From contig JAQFVV010000006.1 in NCBI GenBank assembly GCA_028023455.1, forward strand, positions 17,236,001 through 17,300,000: a stretch of 64,000 bases of DNA. The letters run 5' to 3'. The DNA comes from Epiperipatus broadwayi (lineage: Eukaryota > Animalia > Onychophora). Positions 39,166-52,482 of the stretch are shown piece after piece (the first letter of the stretch is position 1; each line of letters opens with the position of its first letter). Position numbers and translations under genes: made by a program. The notes under the pieces are model-generated. The model saw nothing but the letters and a program-made list of their open reading frames with translations, made no database searches and was not told the DNA's origin.

Positions 39166-40497
39166 TACATACCTTCGGTTATTATTTTGTAATGGAGTTT
39201 CAAATTTCAGAGCTCAGTAAACCCATGATGTAATTCTAAATAGAATATATTATTACGTTGGAATAAATTATCATGTTAAGGAATACCAAATTACCATGAA
39301 TAATTGGATGTTGCTGCTTGACTGACATCTTGACTTGCCTTCGGAGGGAGATCTAACAAACGTCTATGCAATATCTAATTTTAAAATGGTATAACAGCTT
39401 TTTAGTGTGAAATCTGTAATGCAGTTTTTTTTCTTCTTTTCACTTTTTTTTTCTAACAATTATTTTTATGATGTTTGGTCATGTAGAAAGTCAAGATAGA
39501 GAATACAATATTAAAAGTTTGCTTTATTGATTTTTTGAATAATATTGATATAGGCCATTTACTTTTGTCAGAGCAAGTTTATTATCACCTTCCACCTTCT
39601 TACTTTTTATGTTTCAGTTGATTTATTACTTTATTCATTTCTCACAGATTCAATATTCATATTTTTTTCAACTAGAATTTATTAATGGGGCAGAAGTGTT
39701 TATATATATATCTTGGGTTGAGTTCAAAGTTTAAAAAATGAATTTAAAAACCAGTTTAATAAAAAAAGCAACATCTTAATTCACAGTAAATTATTATTAT
39801 TGTTTTTTTGTTTAGCAAGGATATTAATATTTTCCGATCAATTTGTTATTGTCTGTTTTCTATATGAATGTGTGCTTAATTGATATTTGTAGGCGTGTTC
39901 ACTGTTGAACTGCCCTGCGCAGTTTGGTACTCTAGTTGAGTAACCAATTCTGAAGCTCAAAATCTACGGATTGTTAACCAGGGTTACTTCCGGTTGTTGA
40001 ATTATTTATGGACTCTAGAGAAATAAACTATTCAGTTATTTTTTTACTGTTACTATATTTATAACACACACATATTTCTCAATTAAAGTTCTTTTGAATA
40101 AAATTATTTTAAACTTTTTTCAAGTTAATATATATATAGTGACTATTTTTGAAAAATATTGTATTATGAAACCTTTATCTCAATGAAAGTCTTCAGGGCT
40201 GGCTTGCCTTATGCTCAAATTATTAGCATAGTTTTTTACCAAAATTTTCAAAATATTTAAATCCTTTCTTCATATATTATATTTGTAAGAAGGCCAGAAA
40301 ATATTTTACCAATTGTCATTTGTGTCTAGCTATTATTAACAGGAGAATAAACACCTCTGGTTAAACTGGTTTTATCAGATGGGTGCCAATGCACTGATTG
40401 TAAAAATAAAATATAGTTGTAATTTGATATAGTTTTCGCCATAGATGAGGAGAACAGGAGATTTTTATACTCCTAAAAATAATGTGAGCTTGAATTG

Positions 40498-40955
40498 AAT
40501 TATTTATTTATTTATCATATAGTATCACCATGTCAAAATTCAATGCCAACAGTTCTTAAGCCTCTTGTACTGTTTCTCTTTCAAATTATGTAGAACAAAG
40601 AGGCCAACAGGGGCTTGGTAAATTGGAAACTCCTTGTAAATATGTACCATGGTTTGTGTTCTTCTACACTCACAGTTTGGAGAGTTTATAAATCCCCACT
40701 TGTGCATCATATAACCACATTTACCCCTGTCTCATTCTGATTATAGAGTCTTCAACTAGAGTTTTGGGTTAGGGTTAGGGAAACCAGGCACTTGGAGGGT
40801 AGGGTTGGCTAATTATTTCTTTTGGAGTTATTCCAATCACAGATTCACATGCTGTTGATATCCAATGGGAGTGGCTGCTGAGAATTACCAGTAGGCCAGA
40901 AAGGCTGGTTTGACTTTAGCCTGCGGTTTGGGGGATTGATCAGAATTGAGTTATG
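40498..40955 (-). mobile_element. Ingi/Vingi-like (I group) LINE 3' end
   Basis: Minus strand reads RQGKCGYMMHKWGFIK/SPNCECRRTQTMVHIYKEFP (C-terminal CCHC knuckle pattern) and ends in a (TAAA)n tail. Confidence 0.7.
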
Positions 40956-41351
40956 TATTTTCTATATGATTATCTTGTTATTTGTAGATTGTTAAACTAT
41001 TGTCTTTACTTTCCCAGAAATTCTTTGTTTTCATTTTATGGTAATGTATATTTTTTCTAATTCTTCATCATTGTTTTTATATTTTCTTGTTTCTTTATGC
41101 AACCAAAATCTGACATTTTTATTTTGTTTGTTTGTTTAATTGATTTACTTAACTATTATTTTAATTACCTCAATACCCATTTTGTCTATTTATTTATTTA
41201 TTATATTAAATTATTCTACATTAAGTAAATTATTTATTGTTTTTTACCCACTTAATTTTTTGCAAAGTTTAAATTTTATTAAATGATATTAACATTTCAG
41301 TTGTTCAACAGACTTACTAAGACGATAAAGCCAATTAATCAAGGCTTTAAT

Positions 41352-41902
41352 AGGTTTGTAAATGTAGATGATAACAATCAACCCTTAAACTATCAATAAT
41401 CTCAAGCTGTAGTCATGGCAACCTCCTTTAACAGTAAAGATGGTTTATATAAACATCAGAATAAATTAAAAAATAACAAACACAGTTTTCCATTTTAAAA
41501 ATAGTCCATTAATTTCAATATATATATGAAAACCACACAAACTTCTTTATAAATCATGATTTATTATATGAACTATTATAATATACAATAATATACTCCA
41601 ACGTTTCGGTTATATTATTTTATAGTTTTTGTAGGTTTAAGTTATTCCTTGATAAAGACTATAAAATAATGTAGTTGAAGTGTTAGAGTATATTATTGTA
41701 CATTCTAATAGTCTATATTATAATAAATCAAGATTTATAAAGAAGTTTGTGTGTGGTTTATATGTATATTAAATATATCAGACCATATATATATATATAT
41801 ATAAAGGTGGTACCATCTTGACTGTTAAAGGGGATTACCTTGACTACAGGTTAAGATTGTTGACAGCCCAAGGGTTGATTATTAAATCTTCTTCACAAAC
41901 CT
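41352..41902. mobile_element. Inverted duplication of a probable Penelope-like element end, with hammerhead remnants at the axis
   Basis: 41352-41635 versus 41645-41902 in inverted orientation. ACCGAAACGTTGGAG on the minus strand (41596-41610) and TTCC-TTGATAA-AGACTA..TAGTT-GAAG-TGTT-AGAG on the plus strand (41645-41688). Both arms read FNS(K/Q)DG. Confidence 0.6.
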
Positions 41903-42379
41903 TTTCACTTTTTTGTTTTAGTTAAATAGTAAAGAATTTAATGATGAGTTTTGAAAAAGGTTGTTGAACAATTGAAACATTGACATTATTTTATAAAATG
42001 AAATATTGCAAGACTGCAAAAAGGAGTTTCACTATTTATTGAAAGATGACACTTTGATTTCTCTTTGACACCATAAAGATATTGCAGAGCACATTTCTAA
42101 TGTTCACTTCATATGTTGTTATTATTGCAGTTGTTATCCCTATGTGATTATTCATATGGTAAATGAATATAATCATTATCATGTAGTCAGTCATTATAGT
42201 GATTTTTTTTTAATTGGCATTTTACCTCTATAAGAGTAAGATCAAAGAAAATATCTTCTCAATGATTGAGTAGTTCTTAATTGATACATAAGTTGAGTTT
42301 ATATGAAGACAGAATAAATGTGTGGGTAATGATCTTTTTGGACATTTACAATCATGATAAACAAAATTAAGTTATATTC

Positions 42380-45008
42380 CTTATTCTCAGGAGGGTGCAC
42401 AGTCATCAGGCAAGGTAATGAATAGCCACCAACTGCAGGGGGTGCCAAGAATCTCTTGATTACATATCCATGCTTTCTTTTTATGATGATTTTTTAATTT
42501 GTTACTTACAACTGCACACCAGTTTTAAATGAAGAAAGATTACATGAACTGGAAGAACAATTGTGTAATAATAAGTAAGTCATTGTTGGAAATTTATGAA
42601 GTCCGAAGAAGAAAAGATGAACAGTAAATGCAGACTTTACCGTAAAGCCATAAATATTGGAAACACAAATGGAGAATCGCATTGTGGAGATTGATGGCAT
42701 ATCAAACATAATGGCAATTATTAGTTTTCAATTTCATAAAAGATGGTAAATGATTATAATTCAATTTTGTGCCTCAAACAAATTCTCTTTAAGATGAAAA
42801 AGTAGGGATGTTTATGCAGATATACAAAAATGCTTTTGATCAAACTAAACAATATTTTAAAATTGTCATGGGAGACATATAAGAATTAGTAAATGATTGA
42901 AAGATGAAATTGGTGTGCATAAGTTTGACTAGAATGACAAAAATGAGAGAGGACACAGACTTATGAAGTTTGCAGAAAAAGAAAAAGTTTATAATATGAA
43001 TTCTTTTTATATTTTTTGACAAAAATGCTAATGGAAGTCTCCAAGTGAAGCTACATCAGAACTGGATTATGTTTTGACTAACAGATAATATTTATTTGAA
43101 GATTAATAATGATCTTAATAGATTCAACACAGGGAGTGATCATTGATTTATGAAATGTAAGATATATGTTAATGTAAAACTAAAAACAAAAATTATTAAG
43201 AAAGATAGAACTAACCGTTTATATTTCTAATCTTCAGAAATATTGCACCGAATTTAAATTAGAATTTGTCAATCATTTTTAAATATTTACAGACTGTAAA
43301 GATGGTTCGAACTTAACAAAAATGATAAGAAGATAACATACACCATTAAGAACGGCAACAAAAATAACTGGTACAAACAGAGACAATTTATCAATACATT
43401 TTTTACTGAGAGTAATGAAGAAAAGATGAAATATGAAAATGATCCAATAACCAGAATTAAATATCCGGAGTTCCATAAAATGGTATGATAAAGAAATAAT
43501 AATAATTTAAGAAAATATAACTGTGAATTGGCAAGGAAAGCTATAGAAGAGAATAAGTTTTAAAAGTGTAAAGCAATATTTTGGATTGGAAGAAAAGTTA
43601 CTTCAAGTTATTTCATCACTAAGAAAAGATGGAACTATTACTAAAAAGAAAGATGACATCATATATGAAATTATATAATAATTAAAACTAAAACAATATA
43701 ACCACTACAATTTCTACAACTTCTGAATTACCAAACATTTTGAAGAAATACATTAGACATGCAATTAAATCTACACAAAAAACAAGAAGGTCCATGAAAT
43801 AATGGAATGATTATCGAATTTTATAAGTAGCAGCAGAATAAACAAATTTTGGGGGCAAAACTATATAAAAATGACTGAATAACTAAGATCTACTAGATAA
43901 TTGAAGAATGTAATAGGAATGTTGATATTTAAGAAAGGTGATAAAAGAAAATATTAAAAATTATAGACATAGTAGTTTTCTATCAGCTCTATTCAAATCT
44001 TTATTAAGATTATTATAACTTTTGGATTCAAACAACCAAAAAAAAAAAAAGCTTGATTTAAAAGTAGTTTTCACACTCTGGATCATCGTCATGGATTGAG
44101 AGAAATTAATAGAAATATCTAATGAATATGAATTGATATTATGTTTTGAATTTGTGAAAGACAATTGGCTCTATATAGATTGCTATCTGAGCTTCAAGAT
44201 GTGGACCCAGATTATTGTTAGATTCTGAAGAATGTTTATCAAAATGCAATATCAGTGATTAGATTACATAATGATGCCAAAAGGATCATCATTAATAATG
44301 ACATGTAGTAGGATGATTTATCATCTCCGAAATCTGCTGCAAGAAATATTTTGTGGAGTGAAATGGGAAGCCAAAGGACTAAAAATACATAGAGCTTATT
44401 TAAGACATCTAGGTTTTGAAGGTAATGGAATTGTTTTTGCAAATATTGCTTGAGTTTCAGGAAATGTTGCAAGATTTTCAAATGAAAGTAAGAAAGTATT
44501 AATAAAGATAAATGCTAAAAATACTAAGGTAATGTAAATGAATTGTAGGAAAAGAAAATAATGAATTATAAGATTATTAATACAGATGAAAACATGTTGG
44601 ATGAAATTAGACATAGAATTAAACTGTAGGTGTGCTTTTAGTAATGATGATCTAATGTTTGAAATAAATATGTTGTTTGAAAAGGATGCTTTTTAAATAA
44701 ATGTCTTGTAATTGTTTTATTTATGTATCCGAGATTCGGATATTTATCAAAAGAGTAGAGATTTTAGATCAATCCTGAAGTATGGGGAGATGTATGTTGG
44801 GAGTAACAAGAAAGAACCAAAAGTGTAATACTTGATAGAGAGAATAAATAAGTATTGATTTGATTGAAAAAAGAGTGAGACATAAATAGACATTTGTATC
44901 CCAAGACATTTAAGAGCCCTGGAAAAAAGATGCTAAATTGATTTACACTTGGTAGATGTCTTTATTCTGCAGTGGATCGGTATTGGTTGAATGTGATGAT
45001 AATGATGA
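42380..45008 (+). mobile_element. Near full-length, heavily decayed RTE LINE (family A): APE + RT
   Basis: APE motifs IVMGD (42862), NERGHRL (42942), WKSPS..LDYVLT (43032) and TGSDH (43128). RT traces include FKKGDK and GFHTLDH. The 3' end CAGTGGAT..GGTTGA..GATGAT matches 61080. Confidence 0.85.
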
Positions 45009-47452
45009 AGTGCAGCAATAGTTAAATGGGTAAATGAAAATTTTCTTAATGTTTTATAAAATCAAAGTCTTATTTAAATGATGTAATCTTCAAACCAAAT
45101 TCTTTTTTAACCAGAGTATGTTTACCGATTTAGGTTTTTTTGGAATTTTTTTTTGACCTATGGCCACAAATTTTATTACCATTGAATTGCAAGTTCTGTA
45201 CATGATCATGTGTCTTGTAACTTTCACCTCATTGAGCTTTTTATGATGTGTTTAATTTCATTTCATTCAATTCTAGAATTTTTACAATATTCTCAGATAA
45301 TTTTTCTCTATGACATAGTATGATGTAAATTATTACATATTCCATAGTACCTAGAATTAAACTCTTTTTTGATACAATATCTAAACTTTTCTGTATATTT
45401 ATGCATCATGGTTTCTTTTCTTTTTAACTTAAATTTAATCCAAGTTTGACCTAAGACATCTCTTTCTTTTTATTTCTGAGCCGTTGCTGTTAGTATGGAT
45501 TGCCTATAGGTTTTAGAATATAGATAGTGTTTAAGAAAGCTTCCCAGTTCAATATCTCTTATAATCTCTTCAGTTTGAATGACTGTAACCATTTAGTTAT
45601 CACTTATAACTTGGTTGTCTGATTGATATTTTTAAAACTTTTCAAATAACCTAAGATTTAAAAACCTAGTTTTATTTCCTTGAATTGCTCAAGATTGTCA
45701 AGGATCTACAAAAGATAAGTGAAATTGAAGCCGAATCAACATTTCATTTATGTTTATATATATTTCTTTTTTCATAGTTTTGCAAATGTGTGTGATTGTT
45801 ATAAATAAAAAGAGAGATAGATGGAAAGGTAGGAGTGTTGATCAGTAGATAAATAGTAAAAGATAGTCTAGAAGCTGTTTTTTAGTAGATAGATTAATAT
45901 TCTCAGGCAAATATACTAACACTTGAAGAGTATATATGCGTTTTGATCTTTATTGCTAAGATTTTCCAAGAAGACTATCTGTGCATTAGTATTAGTATTA
46001 TTTTTTGATTACTTAAAAAGCTATCCTTTTGTACTCACATAAAATATTCATTCCTGTATGTAAACTTTTCAAAATTATTTATTTAATCACAAAAAATGAT
46101 CTTGCCAATTATTATTATTATTTTTTCCATTTTTAAATATGCTTTTTTTTTCACTCTATACTTTACACATCTATTATTCAGATGATGTACTGTGCTGTTA
46201 ATAAATTTTTGTATGTTTTCATCATTTTTTAAAATTATGTACGGCCAGTAATGTTTTCTTTTGCATTTGTGCTTTGATTTTTAAGGAAATTAAAAAAAGA
46301 AAAAATGAGTCTTATGTTCGAACATCCAAGAGAATTGGGCCAACAGAACATAGTTATTGTGGAGTTTTTTGGTCTTAAGAGTTATGGTAAGATGCTCAAG
46401 AGGAAATAAAAACCTTTTTATTGTCCTAATATTGTCAATACTAACTCTGATGCTATCAATAATTAATGATGGATAAGGTCAATGGGCTTTTACTGAGTAT
46501 AGAGAACAGATTTCCATAGATATTATTTTTAAATTACCACTGCTGTGTCTAAAAAGACATATTTGGTTGATATTACCAATGGATCTTTAGATAGAATGTT
46601 TATTTTTGTTAGATTTTTAAAAATTCTTGTCATATGAAACACTTTATTAATATATGAATAGTCAGAGTTTCATTCTCAAATTTTATTCCCCATTTTTTTA
46701 AGAATTAAAAATAATTTAATTATTTTGCTATTAATCGGAATACCGCCATAGTATTAATTGAATAATTTTCTTCATATTTCTTAAAAATTTTATTTTTTTG
46801 GATATTGTCTCAAAAATTGTAGTCTACTCAATGTATAAGTAATCACATAACTGTCATTTATTAACAATATTTGTTTGGGTTTTTTTTACTTTTAAGGATA
46901 AATTTTTAACACAGAATTGTAGTTTATTGCTTTTTATATTTCTTTCTCATCGAACATCCTGATTTATATGACCCATTAATGATTATTTTTCTAGCAGCAT
47001 ATGCATTTCAATCACTTGCCTTAAATTCACTTTCTTGCAGCTATCTGTCGCATTCATTTGACAGTATATTAATTTATTAAATTAACTCTCAAATGCTAGT
47101 ATCATGCAGAGTTTTTAATATTAACAAGCTGAAAACAATAATGATTGGTTGTTTTTTGTTCTCAAAATTGTCACTATATTTACAATAACTCTGTTGAAAA
47201 TTGAAAAATAAAACTGTATATTTTCTTTAATTTGCTTTTATTTTTTGATGAGAATAGTTTATATTAAGGTTTTATTTGAAAATATTTGTTTGTTTGTTTT
47301 AAAATTACAAATCAAGAGAAATGTAATAACATAAGGCAGAAAATTATGATTGGCTGAAAAAAGAACGCCTCTGTAATCCCTGAAACCATTACTTTCTCAT
47401 CAATTTAAAATAATTTAAGTTGAATTTTAAAGCATAATTTCATTAACACATG

Positions 47453-47670
47453 TTAGTAATAATTGAAATGTTGCTAGTATTTCACATGCACCTACTGTTA
47501 TCTCTTAGTCAGCCAATCAGATTTTAAACAGCGGTCTTAAGAACGATCGGACCTTGACACATGTGTCAAGACCTGATCATTCTTAAGACCGCTGTTTAAA
47601 ATCTGATTGGCTGACTGAGAGATAACAGTAAGTATATGTGAAAGACTAGCAACATTTCAATTATTACTAA
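47453..47670. repeat. 218-bp near-perfect palindrome with no spacer
   Basis: Axis between 47561 and 47562 (CTTGACACA|TGTGTCAAG). The arms pair out to TTAGTAATAATTGAAATGTTGCTAG / CTAGCAACATTTCAATTATTACTAA. Confidence 0.9.
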
Positions 47671-47699
47671 TTTAATAACAACATGTGATTTAGACAAAT

Positions 47700-47833
47700 G
47701 TTATTAACACATGATAGTAGATTACATAGTGTGTCAGATGATATTATTCTCTCCTCTTCTTGTGGTGTTTCTGGTTTGACCAGTGACAGTGTTAGCATAG
47801 GATCTTGAATATTGAATTTTAAGGTAACACTAA
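47700..47833 (-). mobile_element. tRNA-derived SINE family 2 fragment
   Basis: Aligns to 50220-50340. Confidence 0.6.
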
Positions 47834-50067
47834 CAAAAATGTATTTGTTCAAAATACATTTTGCAGGAAATTATGAAATAATAAAAACCACTATTCTGAT
47901 TATATATTTACAAAATTGAAATATTTTGAAGATTTTCATTTGTAAACTTATATTTCTAAGAAATAATTTGGAAGTTGTGGAAATATAATAAAGAATAAAG
48001 AAGAGTTGGAAGTGCAAGCAAAAGGTAAATGAATTAAATGCCTACATATTTCTGTTTAAATAATCATTGTTACTAACTTGTTTTTCAGTTATCAGAAATC
48101 TTAATCATACATACCTTAATTCATCAAATAAGTTTTAGGCTGTTTGCTACATCAATGAGAAATCATTTACTGCACCTGCCTAGTGATATTCTAATAGTTG
48201 TCCTTTTTTTGAATATGCATAGTTTTAATGCTTTATTATAGTATTTTAGATTTACATCTACACCCCCTTTTAGTGTAAGCACGTGTGTATATATACACAT
48301 TTTCAATGCATTATTAGTTTATAGTGTAATGGATTTACATGATAATATCTAAGATAAAGAGTTTCTGGAGGTTTTTCTTCCATCACTGGTTGACAAAACA
48401 TTTGAAAATCCTTTTAAACTTTTTTGAGTTATGAAAAGAAATTGAATTTTCAAGAATGAGAAGGGATGGGTTTTTGAATTAAATCTTAAAAAGTAAGTAT
48501 TGTAGTCATAACAATAAAATTTGAAATAATAAACTCGACAGCTGATCATTTCTGGGTGAAACTTATCTTTTTTACATCCAATTTTCTGATCAACTAACCT
48601 TTTATTTTGATTCAGCTATATCAGATGTAGAACAAGATAACTTTATTTCTAATGCTTGCAGTCATGCCAAAATATTTCTAATGAAATTGTTGTCATATGA
48701 GTTTTAATTTTAATATTGGCAATGATCATCATAGTAAATCTCCTGAACTCACAAAATATGATGAAGATATTTAGTTTTTTACTTCTTGTTTATATTATGA
48801 CTATCATAGAAACTTGCAGATGGAAATAATAGATTTCATTAATTAAAATTTATTCTTTCCTTGACGTACAAAAAAAATAAGAATGACTCCTGTTTGCAAC
48901 AGACAATCATTCCAAATTCAGATTTATTTTTTTGTACCAGAAATTATGTCTGCCATTGAATCTTTCAATATTTCTAAAAAAAAAAAATTGTTCACAAATG
49001 AATTTATTAACTTTTTAAGTGTATACTTATGCCAAAATATTCTTGTTTGATTAAAAAAAAAAAAAAACTTTTTAGAATATATTTGAAAATATTCAGACCC
49101 AATTTTTTTAGGGTATTTGGTTAAAAGAAATATAATATTTAAATATTTTTATAACACATATATATATTTAAACATTTTCAAATAAAATAAAAGTTTTGAA
49201 TACAATTGGTGATGTAATAAGCAACTTTAATATAGAACTTTAAAAATAGAAAAAGTAAGTAATTAATATTGTAATTCTTTGAAATAATATTAACTGTAAT
49301 TAAAATTAATATGCTTACTCTTTTGTGAAATTGTATCAAAAATAAGAAAAAAAAGTTATTCTAAATCGATGGGACGATAAAAAGTATTTTGCCCTAAAAT
49401 AAAATTACAAAATCATGTATGGCAACTATATATTTTTAGGAGCATACTTTTTTTTCTCACCACATCTGCAGATTAGTTTCAAACATACTTTCATCAATAA
49501 AGATCTTTAGATCTAGGAACAGTATCCCTAAACCTTTAGGATGTAATGCACTTTCCTTACAGAAGTCATCATTTGTCTCTAATATAGTTTCAAACTTGAA
49601 ACTACTCAGCAGATATTGAAATGAGACAGTACTGGATAGAAATTCAATTAAGCACTATAATCTCACATCAATTAGTTCTTAAAACTCACAATATGTAGCA
49701 ATATGTAAGTTAAAAGTCACGTGATAGTCATGTGACATACATTGTTTATAAATGGACCCTTCATTTCATGAAAAGTGTAACTAAAATTTAAATATTTTCA
49801 GTTAAAATAAATATATAAACTACAAATCAAATAAGTCCTAAAAGGGATGAATACCATCAAGGCTTCAGTCTTTGTAAATCTAATTTTAATAGTTTTTTAT
49901 CCTACACAAGATCTCACATGTATAAGTTAAAGCTATTATAAAATCATTAATGAGTCCAATTCAATATTAAATTAAATTTGAAACAAAACAGGGATTTGTT
50001 TAATTAGAATTGTGGATATGCAATAATAAAAATAAATGGATAAAAGGCCATGTTTTTATGTATAGAG

Positions 50068-50120
50068 ATTGTTTTATTGTATTTATTTCCACCATTGTTT
50101 TATTGTATTTATTTCCACCA
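50068..50120. repeat. Tandem duplication, 2 x 26 bp
   Basis: TTGTTTTATTGTATTTATTTCCACCA occurs twice. Confidence 0.9.
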
Positions 50121-50170
50121 TCTAATATTATGTATTAAATGTCTTTAGAAAAATTAAACTTTATTTAAAT

Positions 50171-50366
50171 TTTCCATTACATTCAACTGTTAGTAATAGC
50201 ACACAGATTAGTATATGCACAGTGTTTCAAGACGTATTCTCTTCTCTCCTTTGGGTGTTGTTGGCATGACCAATAACAGTACTAGCATCAGAATCGAACC
50301 TAGACCCTTAGTTTTTTGAATACTGAATTTTAAGTTAATGCTCTAACCAACTGAATCATCCTGCCA
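50171..50366 (-). mobile_element. tRNA-derived SINE family 2
   Basis: Minus strand has an A-box-like TTCAGTTGGTTAGAGC, B-box GGTTCGATTC, and tail TGTGCATATACTAATCTGTGTGCTATTACTAACAG. Confidence 0.75.
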
Positions 50367-50528
50367 AGAACATGAGTCGATAGAAATTTCTTATACTTAT
50401 CTATGAGGTTCCTCCTGATTTCTCCACTTTTTCCTAAGAGCAAAATTAATTAATTGTTTCTATTCATTATGTATAGTACACTAGATTGGCTCATGGAAGT
50501 TTTGCCATTGTCATGTGAGCAGTTTCAT

Positions 50529-50700
50529 TGAATTCAGTTGGTTAGCCGTTACCTTAAAATTCAACATTTGAGAATCTAAGGGTCCAGGTTCGATTCCCAT
50601 GCTAGTAATGTCTCTGGCCAGGCCAGCAATACCTGAACAAGACATTGTGCACATACTAACCTGTGTGCTATTACTAACAGATGAATGTAATTGGAAATTT
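50529..50700 (+). mobile_element. tRNA-derived SINE family 2
   Basis: TTCAGTTGGTTAGCC...AAGGGTCCAGGTTCGATTCCC...TGTGCACATACTAACCTGTGTGCTATTACTAACAG. Confidence 0.75.
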
Positions 50701-52290
50701 CAATAAAATGTAATTTTTCTAAAGACATCATAATATTAGATGATAAAAATAGTTCAATATATAAATACAACTAAAATACCATCATCACAAACCTTCAGGA
50801 AAGCATTGTTTTTATTCTATGTTTGACTTCTGTCTGTGTATCATGAATACTCTGAGTTAAATGGGTTTAATGCCAATTAAAATAATATATTGTTATTATT
50901 TTGTATTTATAATACTAAATACACTGTTTAATTTAAAAGTATATATATATATGTAATACTATACAGATAATTGTGGTAGTAATTGGTTTAACATGTTGAA
51001 ATCTTAGTTTGATTTTTTATTATTTTAAAAAATAAACTTTCTCTTTTTTTTAAAATAAATTATTTTTTTAATATTTAGATTTTTGGTATCTTATATTGAG
51101 ATAATGTCTGTGGATTTGTTGACTGATGAACTTTTCACTTTATCTGTTAATAATGATCTCTAAGGACTTTCAGGATTAGATGGTAACATATGGGCCTAGG
51201 ACTGTTGATGAGAAAGATAAGCAATATGTGTGTCTAGAAATCTTTTACAGATGAATAGATAGCTAATAAATGGAGATAGGATTGTTTTCTGAAGATTATC
51301 ACTCTTAGGATTGATAGATCTCTTTACGAGGGCAGGGCAAGACTTTGTTGTGATCTCATACTTCTTAGTCATATTAAAGGATCACTGCAAAATAAAACTT
51401 GAAACTTTTGAAATAATTCAAAGTGCTATTGGTTTTTTGAAGTATTTGAAATATACTAAGCTGTGAATGCACAAATAATTATCTTCCTTTCTCACATATA
51501 AAAGACTTCCATACTGTTATGCAGGCAAAGCTGATGAAATGTGAGCTGCAGAGAAAGAAATTATAGAAAATTATTACCAATTTTTAGTTAATTAACTTAT
51601 TTCCTTAGTATGAAATATTGTAAGCAATGTGTGCATTTAGAATTTTTTTTTTTTTTTTGCAGATGAATAAATAATAAATGTAGACAATTATTTTCCGGAA
51701 ATCAACCTTAGATTACTGATAGACCTATTCGCAAAGGCAAACTTTATTGTTATATAGCATTTCATAGTTATGTTAAAAAAACACTGCAAAATAGAACATG
51801 GAACTTTTGCAAAATTAAAAGAATCCATTCACATACCGTTAGCTTAGATAAATCAGTATTGCATAGAATTGATATCCCTGATCTAAATACTTAGATAAAG
51901 CCAAACTAAAAAGTCAAATAAAAAATTGTGTAATTCGTAATTATTTAATTTATTTAAGAAACATTACCAAAGTAGTAAAAAGTAACAATATAAATTTATA
52001 CACCCCAAAAATACTATGAAATAATCAAATAATAGAAAGATTGCTACTTGGTTTCAAGCTTTTGTATTAATTCTGAAACAGTTATGGAATCCATACAATT
52101 TTCCTTTTTAACACACACGCACACACATATATATATATATAGGCAAGGAAATTCAGGTGTTGTTATCTCTATAACACTACACAAGTGTGAATTTTATAAA
52201 GAGCATATTTAGGCTAGAGATAATTTTTAGTTTAATAAAGGATCAATAATAATCATTAATTTAATTCTATAAAGTGGTTTGTAACAAAAT

Positions 52291-52482
52291 TGTAACTGTT
52301 GTTAAAACAGGCAAAACTCACTATATATATTGCCACACACAGCAAGCTAGAGTAATCAGTGGATGCCAGAAGGCTTGTGCATAAAATCCTCATCTAGTCC
52401 CTACTCATCCAATATCCCCATACTAGCTTGCTGTGTGTGGCAATATATATAGTGAGTTTTGCCTGTTTTAACAACAGTTACA
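52291..52482. repeat. Perfect 60-bp inverted repeat flanking a 72-bp family 2 fragment
   Basis: 52291-52350 is the exact reverse complement of 52423-52482. The spacer matches 15612-15670. Confidence 0.9.

Noticed and set aside
40766-40780. GGGTTAGGGTTAGGG telomere-like repeat
   Set aside because: Only 2.5 units, inside a LINE relic.
41311-41352. AAAGCC/GGCTTT hairpin as a hammerhead helix II
   Set aside because: The flanking core sequences are too degenerate.
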